Shown piece by piece: positions 55,129 to 64,000 of a stretch of DNA of 64,000 bases (the first letter of the stretch is position 1; each line of letters opens with the position of its first letter). This DNA is from Podarcis bocagei. Its lineage: Eukaryota. A program made the position numbers and the translations under genes. The notes beneath the pieces are model-generated. The model saw only the letters and a program-made list of their open reading frames with translations, ran no database searches and was not told where the DNA came from. The DNA lies in NCBI GenBank assembly GCA_964188305.1, contig OZ076888.1; one strand, written 5' to 3'.

Positions 55129-55267
55129 CTTTCGTACAGGAATGTAGGTTTTGGTGTCTTCGGGTGTCTTCCCGTGTAAGAGTTGGGGTGTCTAGGCGAC
55201 GTTTCGACGAGGTCTCACTCGTCATCTTCAGGCTGGTGCTTTCGGCTTCTTGTTACTAGAACAGAGC
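55125..55267 (-). mobile_element. Penelope-like element terminal-repeat fragment inside (TA)n
   Basis: CpG-rich 143-bp insert between two (TA)n tracts, containing the CTGAAGATG..CGAAACGTC motif typical of Penelope pLTRs. Confidence 0.75.
55193..55236 (-). ncRNA. Minimal type I hammerhead ribozyme motif
   Basis: CUGAAGA-U-GACGAG(UGAGAC)CUCGUC-GAAA-CG-UC: conserved core, perfect 6-bp stem II, palindromic ACGU stem III; stem I only 2-3 bp. Confidence 0.7.
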
Positions 55268-55763
55268 TATATATATATATATATATATAATGGGTGTTGT
55301 GGGGGTGGGATTGCAGAGACAGACTTTTTGGTAAATAGGCTGAGAAGAAGCTAAGAGCTGGATGTAATTGTCAGTTAATCATTTGGGAAAGGGGAGTGTA
55401 CCTATCTGACATCAGTGCAACTCTGGGATGTTATAGCCAGCATGATTGCTGCTTTTTCTTTTTCTCCAACATGGTATCCTCCTCATCAACCTTAGTCAAC
55501 ATGACCATGCTGTTCCAGTCCACTCCCGACTTATTTGGGATTCACAGAGACTCAGGAGTTAAGGCTGCCTATCAAGGTTCTTGGAGTGACTATATTAGGA
55601 TCTTGGGAGGCCAGACACACCACCCTTTTGGATCCCGGTAGTTATTGTTGAGCAGTGGCCACAGCAGGGATGGGAAATGGAGGCTTCTCTTGGGCCTCTT
55701 GCTCTGCTTGTTGCTGCTGTTAATTCCTGAGCTAGCAAACAGAGGGCTAGCTACTACGCCGGT

Positions 55764-55911
55764 AAACAAATATTGGTAAATATGTTTTCTCTACCTTGAA
55801 AGTAGTAGTAGTAGAAATCCCTACTCAAATGCATACCTACTCAAATGCATACAAGGCCTTGTGTCTAATAAGGAGGCCGGCATGTCAGAAGCGAGACGCT
55901 CTGTCAACGTA
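55764..55911 (+). repeat. Discontinuous duplication of the downstream flank 57491-57825
   Basis: 55764-55810 = 57491-57537; 55817-55831 = 57566-57580; 55845-55911 = 57758-57825. Confidence 0.95.
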
Positions 55912-56435
55912 AGGTCAATTTTCTGGTCCAAGTTTGAGGCCTGGCTGTTCTCTGCGGCATACACTATAGCCTTCTTTGGTGCCTTTAGGGTTGGTGAGGT
56001 GGTAGCAGAAGCTACCTCAAGTGGAACAACGCGCAGCCTCTTCCTGGAGGACGTGCAGGTGTCCAGCTCAGGCGGGATGGTGCGGGTGCATCAGTCTAAG
56101 ACGGACCAGGGCGGTAAGGGCACCATAGTCCAACTCATGGCCTCCGGCCAGAAGGGCCCACACCCAGTAAAGGACACCAGGCGATACCTTTACCTTAGAC
56201 CTCCCGGCCCTGGCCCGCTCTTTACTCACGAGGATGGATCCCGATTGATGAGGCACCAGTTCACCAGGGTACTTCGCAAAGCTATAGATGCCTGCCGTTT
56301 CCCTTCCAAAGACTACACAGCACATTCATTTAGGATTGGTGCGGCCACAAGGCCGCACACATGGGCCTCCCGGCAGACAGGAGCAAAGAGATGGGCCACT
56401 GGAAATCTAATACCTACAAAAGTTGCATCCGATAG
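55912..56435 (+). pseudogene. Tyrosine recombinase catalytic domain (disrupted)
   Basis: AFFGAFRVGE (box I Arg), SKTDQ (Lys), HSFRIGAAT (HxxR); frameshift near 56350, then MGHWKSNTYKSCIR* with Cys where the YIR tyrosine is expected. Confidence 0.92.
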
Positions 56436-56481
56436 TATTCTGAGAACGCTCTGCTTACCCGTCTTTTCTTTTCTTTCTTTA

Positions 56482-57061
56482 GTCTTAGCTGTCTCGGTAG
56501 TCAAGTGTGGATTTGTGGCCACAGTATCGTGCATTGGGCCCGCCTATGGACAGCAAGTTTTGGCTTCGTGCCTCACCTGGGCTACCATCGTGGGTGCGAG
56601 TTTCCTGGTTTTCAAGAAGGGGCATGCGCTGGCAAGAACTCATGCCACTGCTGAAGGCAAAAGCTGTGCTGTTGGGCCCCCCTAACATTCTAATCATTCA
56701 GCTGGGGGAGAACGACCTGGCTAGCAGGAAGAGTGTGGACTTGTTGTGGAACATGAGAAAGGTCTTGGACGAGTTGGCTGCCTTATTTCCCAGAACAATC
56801 CTGTTCTGGTCCTCTCTTCTGAAGAGAAAGGTTTGGCGCGGTGCGCATAACATTATGGCCATCGAGAAATCCAGGAAACTCTTGAATCGCGCGGTAGCGC
56901 GCAAAGTGCGTTTTATGAATGGCCTAGTTATATCTCATGATGATATCCAGATTGGTGACCAGACCCTATTCCGGGATGATGGCGTTCATCTTTCAGATCA
57001 GAGAAATGACATATGGCTGGCTAACATATCCAATAGTCTTAGGGATTGGTTGCAGCTGTGA
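56482..57061 (+). pseudogene. SGNH/GDSL hydrolase-like ORF (one frameshift)
   Basis: VWICGHSIVHWA (block I, in the 55861 +1 register), RRGM (II), LGENDL (III), DDGVHLS (V). Confidence 0.85.
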
Positions 57062-58220
57062 GGGTATTGGCGACGAGCCTTTTGGCTCGGGTGGCAGTTA
57101 GGCATTGGAATGTGTTGTTGGTGTTTCGGGGGGCAAGGTGTGGCCATTGCCTTCCCCAACAATTTGGGTATTCCGCTAAAGGAATCCGGCGGTCGTGGAT
57201 CCTGTCCGATGCCCGTGTGGCGGGGGGCCATGGCACGATCCTCGGTGACATCAGGAGAGAGCCTATAGTTGGATTAGCATCAACAGGCTCCCCCTCCTGG
57301 TGGTTAACCCCTCCTCAGACTCACCCCTCTTCGAGTGGGTGGAGTCTAATGTTCCGTGGTCCAATGCCTAAGCCAATACCTTCTCACATGCTGTAAACAA
57401 TAAAGTTGTGGCCTTTACCTTACCCATTAACCTTACATTCTGTGTCCACGTGTCTTTATTCCCCAAGCGAGGATCGGGTCCTCGAATCACAAACAAATAT
57501 TGGTAAATACATTTTCTCTACCTTGAAAGTAGTAGTATGTGCAAAGCAAACAGGTTTTTAATGATATCCCTACTCAAATGTCTCTTGGAGGAAGCTCTTC
57601 AAGACTGGTGGAAACTCATACATGCTGAGAAGCCTGAATGAGGTATCAGGACCAGAGCAGAAATAAGAGAGAGTAGTTTGGGGTGTATGCATACTGTCAG
57701 GTTAGCAGGGATTATGCTTCTCTCTGAAATGTTGGCCTCAGAACTCTTGAGGTGGGTATGCATACAAGGGCCTTGTGTCTAATAAGGAGGCCGGCATGTC
57801 AGAAGCGAGACGCTCTGTCAACGTAGGAAGTGCGCACACTGTAAACTCACCTCACACTTGACTCCAGTCACACCTCGCTTTAATGAGCACTTTTGTTTCT
57901 GACCCATTTTATCATCTTTTGGCATTGATGCTGTAACATCCTTGCAGGAAGAAGAGGACTGTGAAAAGTTCTTTGGCGTATCCTTCCTTTTAGATTTGTC
58001 TTTTTAAAAGAAAAGAAAAAATATTGGCACCATGTTTACCACATTTATAAGCAGAAAGCTTGGAAAGGAAAGATCCAGCTGACTTAAAGATGCAATGAAA
58101 TGCTTTTGTGAAGAAGTCTTACTCTTTATTTCTTTAAAGGGTTTAAAGATCAGCTGGGCTTCACATAATTATAACTATATTCAGAAAAGGACAAGGTTTC
58201 TGTCCCTTCAAGAGCTCCTC

Positions 58221-58466
58221 TGTTAAGTTGTGGGTGAACATATCAGACGACACAGCGTTTCTTCAAACAGCTCTTGTTTATTCACAGGCCAGGACAGAAC
58301 TGAACTGAAGGGTTCAGTCAGCCTGCTTATATAGAACTCCAGTACAATGTAACTGTAACAACTTTCTAAAACTATCCAATCACTGAACCCACTTTTGATC
58401 CCTTATTTGCATAACTATCTACGGTATCCCCCTGCTGGCCCAGGGTGAGAACTTCAGTACATAACA
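58221..58466 (-). mobile_element. Solo LTR (246 bp)
   Basis: TGTTA..TAACA termini; on the minus strand octamer, CCAAT, TATATAA and AATAAA in U3-R-U5 order; TSD imperfect (TCCTC / CCCAC). Confidence 0.8.
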
Positions 58467-58789
58467 CCCACGGAAGCAGAAGTTCAGTAAGTGGAACCGT
58501 GTGGCCTCAGGGCGGGCAAATTCTTTCCTGAAGCAGCACAGAGTCGCTACTAGACAGTGCGGACATTACTGAGCTAGATGGATCAACCCCTCAGAGCAGC
58601 CTGGGTGGGGGAAGAGAAGGGAGATTATTCTGTCTGCCAAGCAGAAATGTTTCTGCTGAGAGAACCATCATAATAGTTTGACACTGAATTCCCTCCACAG
58701 GTTTTTATCTATTTGACATTTTCTATTAATATTAAAGCATTCACCATCACGTTAAACCTAGTCACCAAAATATCTGCTCTAATATAGAA

Positions 58790-58900
58790 GGCCTTTTACT
58801 AGTTTTAATGTGTAATGTTTTATTGTGTTTTTATATATGTTGGAAGCTGCCCAAAGAGGCTGAGACAACCCAGTCAGATGGGAAGGGTAGAAATAAAATG
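58790..58900 (+). mobile_element. L2 3'UTR fragment
   Basis: TTGGAAGCTGCCCAAAGAGGCTGAGACAACCCAGTCAGATGGG matches the L2 terminus. Confidence 0.75.
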
Positions 58901-59475
58901 ATAATGAAAATACCAGTGATTTTTCTGGGGGTACTCAAGGGTACACAGTACCGGCAAGTTGAACAGAAAGGAACATTCTCTTTCCCCCAGGATGGTTTTC
59001 CCCATCATACCATTGGTGGAGCTTTTCCTTATTCTTTGATATTCTTAAGGGTGACAATCTCCCTTTAAGTTGCACCCACCAACACAGGGCAGGTTTTGCT
59101 TATCCTGGGTTTCCTTCAGATACGGATCCATCAATCCTAGCACCCAGTTGTAACAGGACAGTCACTAAGGATCTCTGTCTGCAACATGCGCAGAATCGTT
59201 CTAAGCTGATGCACAGGCAATATTGTTAGAAATGTCTTGATATGACCAATTTCAACAGGGACCAGAGAACGGGATGATTTTTCTTAGTTATGTTTTGGGC
59301 TCCCCACACAATCTTGCCTGAGCATGTGGACCACATCGTGAGCAATTCCCCCTCATCGATCAACCACAGTCTTCAGTCTTCAAAGGGAGGCGAGCAGTTT
59401 TAACCAAAGTTTTGTCAGGAAGACACTTCCAACTATTGTGGTTTTTGTTTTGTTTTTTAAAGTGAGAGCTTCACC

Positions 59476-59776
59476 CAGGGCCGGATTTAGGTTTGATGAG
59501 GCCCTAAGCTACTGAAGGTAATATATGTCCAGCTGTCCTTTGTCAACAACAAATTGTCGCTGTTTTTTGTGTTGAATATATGCTATATGGTAATTTATCG
59601 ACCTAATAGGTATCTAAAGCCATTTTTACATAACAAAATATGTATTTTATCAAAGTAATTGTTATATTTTGGAAATGTACATCCAGTTTTTTCCCCTTTA
59701 ATTTTTTTTGGGGGCCCCCCAAGAAAATGGGGCCTTAAGCTATAGCTTGTTTAGCTTATACCTAAATCCGGCACTA
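59476..59776. mobile_element. hAT-type MITE
   Basis: TIR CAGGGCCGGATTTAGG / CCTAAATCCGGCACTA; TSD GCTTCACC / GGTTTACC. Confidence 0.85.
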
Positions 59777-60224
59777 GGTTTACCCCAAATCAAAATTTAT
59801 TTCTTTTATTTTAAAAATGGAATTAGCTCCCGTATCACTTTAACTCAGAACACTTGAGGTTGCCCATCTTTATTTCATACTCTGCAATTACATGTTCCTG
59901 CTGCAGACTCCAGTACTTGCTAATTACATTTAATGGGACTAAAAGTTATAATTACCCTGTAACCTTGTGGAGCGTGGACCTGGATTTATATCCCCCTTTC
60001 ATATATATTAAAGGCGTGTGCTCTCTTGAATGGAGTGGCCTGACCCTGACCTAAAAGCTAGCACAAGCTTGTTTGGGAAAGGCTCGCGAGATGCAGAAGC
60101 TGGAGCTTCAATTAAGCACACAAGATCCTATTGTCTACATTACCAATATTTGCCTTAGCTGAGAATATCGGGAAGAGATATTATTCCATCTATGCTCTTT
60201 GCAGTTCTTATTTCTCACACATTT

Positions 60225-60577
60225 CATGCATTTATATGCCACTTTCCCTTGAAGGAGCTCAAGGTGGCACCTACACCTCTTTTCATCCTCACAACAACTC
60301 TGTGAGGTAGGTAGGTTGAGAGGTCATGACTGGCCCAGGGTCACTCAGTGAGTGAGCTTCATGGCTGAGTGGAGCTTTGAACCCTGTTCCTCCAGGCTCA
60401 AGCCCAACACTCTAACCCAGGCTTCCTCAACCTCAGCCCTCCAGATGTTTTTGGCCTACAACTCCCATGATCCCCAGCTAGCAGGACCAGTGGTCAGGGA
60501 TGATGGGAATTGTAGTTTCAAAACATCTGGAGGGCCGAGGTTGAGGAAGCCTGTTCTAACCACTACACCACACTGCC
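60225..60577 (-). mobile_element. CORE-SINE (same family as 41962-42312) interrupted by a MITE
   Basis: ACAACTCTGTGAGGTAGG, GGCCCAGGGTCACTCAG, TTTGAACC, CCACTACACCACACTG. Confidence 0.85.
60418..60553. mobile_element. Palindromic 136-bp MITE
   Basis: CAGGCTTCCTCAACCTC..GAGGTTGAGGAAGCCTG; TSD CTCTAACC / TTCTAACC. Confidence 0.93.
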
Positions 60578-61423
60578 ACACTTGTACACAAATAAAAAAA
60601 AACATGGCTGGATTTATTAAAAGGCATGTGCATCAGTTACTGATGTGTCTGTTTAAAAGAGTTGTCAGTTAACTTAATGGCAGAACATCTGTTTTTCATG
60701 CAGAAGGAACCACCTTCAGTCTCTGGTGCCTCCAGATAAGACTGGAAAAAACACTAGGTGGCTCAGTGGTCTCACTCAGTGTAGGCAGCTTCCTGCATTC
60801 CTGTGTCTCTAGTCTGAAACTTGGGGCTCATCCTGACTTCCTTTTGTGCTACCTTTCTAGGCATGAGTCTGGGCTTTAAAGTTCTATGTCTGAGTATTTT
60901 AATTTTCTTTGTCCTGGCGCTTTTCCCCAGAAAAGAAAAGAAAAAGTGGTCTACTGCTGAATCAGAGCAAACATCAACCGGGTTTTCAATGGAGTACCAT
61001 TTGCCCCGATTCAGCGGTAAAATGTGTTGTTTTTTTTCCTGAGAGGAAAGCACTGGGAGAAAAAACAAACAAACAAAATCACACTGCTCGGACACAGAGC
61101 TTTAAAGCTCAGACTTGCGTCTGGAAAGTGCGGTGCAAAAGGGAGGCATAGACGACTCCCTGGTTTTGCTAACAGGAAAGAAGAAACACATATATGGCTT
61201 AAGTTTGGTTGCTGTTGCCGACCATGGAATACATATATAATCTGAATATATGTATACCACCCTGTGTAACATGGGAAATTATTCATGGCCTTCCTCTGCG
61301 GTGGAACACTTTGATTAATTGCATTAACTAATTAGTTTATAAGTTCTTAATTGTACGATTAATGCCCTAAATAAATAAAAATACTGGGATGCCTAGGTTC
61401 TTGTTAAGAGTGGGGAACTCTAG

Positions 61424-61548
61424 GCTAGCCTTTGCCAACCCGGGCCCCTCCAGATCTTTTGGACTACAACTCCCATCAGCCCCAGCCACTGTATCCTGGC
61501 TGGGGTCTGCTGGGAGTTGAAGTCCCAAACAGGTTGGCAAAGGCTGCC
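61424..61548. mobile_element. Palindromic MITE
   Basis: AGCCTTTGCCAACC..GGTTGGCAAAGGCT termini with GGACTACAACTCCCATC core. Confidence 0.75.
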
Positions 61549-61675
61549 ATAGGCTGTGACATCACTAGAGACCTACAGATGGGCAAATCTGCCCATTGCT
61601 ATTGCTCTCAGTTTTTTTCAGTTTTCCAATGTGACAGTTCAATTCTCCTCATTTCCATAACACTTTGTGCATATC

Positions 61676-62050
61676 TTCAAAGTGCTGGTGTTGACCTTTA
61701 AAGCCCTAAACGGCCTCGGCCCAGTATACCTGAAGGAGCATCTCCACCCCCATCGTTCTGCCCGGACGCTGAGGTCCAGCGCTGAGGGCCTTCTGGTGGT
61801 TCCCTCATTGCGAGAAGCAAAGCTACAGGGAACCAGGCAGAGGGCCTTCTCGGTAGTGGCGCCCGCCCTGTGGAACGCCCTCCCATCAGATGTCAAAGAG
61901 ATAAACAACTACCTGACATTCAGAAGACATCTTAAGGCAGCCCTGTTCAGGGAAGTTTTTAATGTGTGATATTTTAGTGTATTTTTGGTTTCTGTGGAAG
62001 CCGCCCAGAGTGGCTGGGGAAACCCAGCCAGATGGGCGGGGTACAAATAA
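61676..62050 (+). mobile_element. Young 5'-truncated L2 LINE
   Basis: ORF2 C-terminus FKVLVLTFKALNGLGPVYL..LRS..RAFSVVAPALWNALP..FRRHLKAALF; the tail runs into the gap. Confidence 0.93.
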
Positions 62051-62278
62051 NNNNNNNNNNNNNNNNNNNNNNNNNNNNNNNNNNNNNNNNNNNNNNNNNN
62101 NNNNNNNNNNNNNNNNNNNNNNNNNNNNNNNNNNNNNNNNNNNNNNNNNNNNNNNNNNNNNNNNNNNNNNNNNNNNNNNNNNNNNNNNNNNNNNNNNNNN
62201 NNNNNNNNNNNNNNNNNNNNNNNNNNNNNNNNNNNNNNNNNNNNNNNNNNNNNNNNNNNNNNNNNNNNNNNNNNNNNN
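62051..62278. other. Assembly gap (N run)
   Basis: Direct. Confidence 1.
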
Positions 62279-63910
62279 CGCACTGTGTTTGAAGAAACCT
62301 ATAAGCTGGAGAGAAGCCCAGCCTTTGTTAAGACAAAAAGGCGGGGGAAGCCAGCACACTTGCAGGCTCGAATTTGCCAGCCTATGGTTAGAAGACGCAG
62401 GAGCCTTGACTATGAATGATATTACCATCTTAGAGTAACCCATCAGCAAAACGCAGGCTTTGTAAAGCTGAGACGCGCTGCAGGACATAATGGATGGCAC
62501 TATGCAAATTGTGATTGCGGCTGCAAAGTGGGCTCCCTGGGAGACGCTACTGTATTATCCCGGGGAAGATTTTTCACAATGGGGATTATCCCAGTGGGCT
62601 AGCCGTAGCCTGGATGCTTTTGCTATTGGCGGCAGTAAAGAAGGGTTTTGTTGGGTGCTGCCGGATCCTGCTCAGTGAGCGGAGTAAAGAGCGCCATTAG
62701 ATTCCCTGCAGGGATTCCAAGGCAATTCTGTAGAGACAGGCTCCGTGGCGGAAAGAACGAGCACCTCGCTTAACCTAACTTCCAGCGAAGCCTAGACTCA
62801 TCCGTCTCCTGTCACTTTAGATTCCACCTTCATCTCTTCATCATTTTCCAAGCTGCCACCAAAGCTGGTAATGAGACGTAGGGGCAGGCTTGAAAGAGGC
62901 ACAACTAGGGGGAGCGAGGGGAGAAAAGTTTCCTCTGAAAGGAAATGTTTTGCTGCACAAACTTTATTTTGTGACTTGGATAATTCAGGATCATTGGCTA
63001 ATTTTGAACTCTTCGCAAATGGGAAGAGGATAAATCTTAGCAGAAGTCCTGCCTTTTTCAGAATGGATTTTGTTTTGAATGAGTGTGCCGTGTGCAGTGA
63101 AAACAGCAATAGCTTTGAAATTCAGAAGCGCTTTCCATAGACTGTGCTTTTCCCTGGACATGAATCGGCATCGTGTCATGGGAGGAATGTTCTGATGATG
63201 CAACTTCTCTTTTACAATGAGAGGCAACAGTGTGGAGCCTCCCAGGAATGACGTGTGAAAAACCAATGCAAGAACCATTCCTCTTGTGGCACAGGCACCA
63301 TATTATGTGAGAAAGCGCATCATGTTTTCCCTCCAAAGTTGGCGATGAAATTGAGTGAAATATTTTCTGCCTGTTTGCTCCCACTTCTGCCATTCATCGT
63401 GGCACACCAGGTTGCAGGCATTCAATGCACAACTCACCTGCAGCGTTCCTTGGATGTCTCTGAGATGTGCAACTCAGGTTTCTGCTGCTGGGTGATATTA
63501 AGGTTATTAATATTGCACATTTGGAAGCAATAGGATGAATAAAAACAGACTATCCCTGAAATAAAAATTGTCCAGTCCAAAAATATGGTTCAAAAGGTTG
63601 ACTAACAGAACTTGTACCAAAACAAATAAAGTTGAATCCAGAAAGTTCCATATTATCATGCGCTGATCCCAGCACAGGCAAAATATCCTAGAAAGACAAA
63701 TCTCTGCCTCTCCAAACAACCTGCGTTCCAGCCTGAGACTGTGTTCCTGGAGACAGACTCATTTGCACATCCTTTCTCTTTGGTGCTTCAGAACAAGGAG
63801 CTACTAACACACCACAAATGGAGACCTGTAATGGAATGCCTCATATGATCTAAGTTAAACACCTCCTGACAGAGCCAGCAAAGATACATTCTCGCTTAAT
63901 CATTAACTAT

Positions 63911-64000
63911 TAAAGGTAAAGGTACCCCTGCCCGTACGGGCCAGTCGTGTCCGACTCTAGGGTTGTGCGCTCATCTCACTTAAGAGGCCGGGAGCCAGCG
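63911..64000 (-). mobile_element. Sauria SINE 3' end (runs off the window)
   Basis: TAAAGGTAAAGGTACCCC..CCAGTCGTGTCCGACTCTAGGGTTG..GCTCATCTC, as at 14432. Confidence 0.88.

Larger units (their letters stand above)
55912..57490 (+). mobile_element. 5'-truncated tyrosine-recombinase retrotransposon (DIRS order, Ngaro-like)
   Basis: YR ORF followed by an SGNH ORF and a GC-rich terminal region with AATAAA at 57399-57404; boundaries set by the flank duplication. Confidence 0.88.

Noticed and set aside
55861-56685. Phage or bacterial integrase (contamination or horizontal transfer)
   Set aside because: SKTDQ and HSFRIGAAT motifs plus the linked SGNH ORF fit a eukaryotic DIRS-order YR, and it is embedded in lizard sequence; residues after about 56350 are out of frame
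61886-62500. Long ORFs spanning 62051-62278
   Set aside because: Artefacts of the N gap
62279-62800. CpG island or promoter
   Set aside because: Only modest CpG enrichment and no supporting exon; cannot be called from sequence alone

Overview
Vertebrate genomic DNA, almost certainly a squamate and probably a lacertid lizard (Sauria SINEs, Squam3-like CORE-SINEs, tRNA/CR1-tail SINEs, squamate-type CR1, L2 and L1 fragments). I see no intact host protein-coding exon: the window reads as intronic or intergenic, and nearly all ORF-track entries are spurious or TE-derived. The richest segment is 55.1-58.5 kb. It holds (i) a Penelope-type repeat with a hammerhead-ribozyme core sitting inside a (TA)n tract, (ii) a 5'-truncated tyrosine-recombinase (DIRS/Ngaro-type) retrotransposon carrying an SGNH hydrolase, whose left junction is a patchwork copy of the right-hand flank, and (iii) a solo LTR with a full promoter-motif set. 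Elsewhere: three young copies of a hAT-type MITE carrying telomere motifs, each nested in a retroelement; two independent, opposite-orientation MITE insertions at the same nucleotide of one SINE family; a 1.1-kb non-coding retroposon with a perfect 15-bp TSD; an orphan C2H2 zinc-finger fragment; and SINEs with different tRNA heads on the same CR1 tail. There is an assembly gap at 62051-62278. Family names come from recognition by eye, not from database searches, and boundaries of old repeats are approximate.
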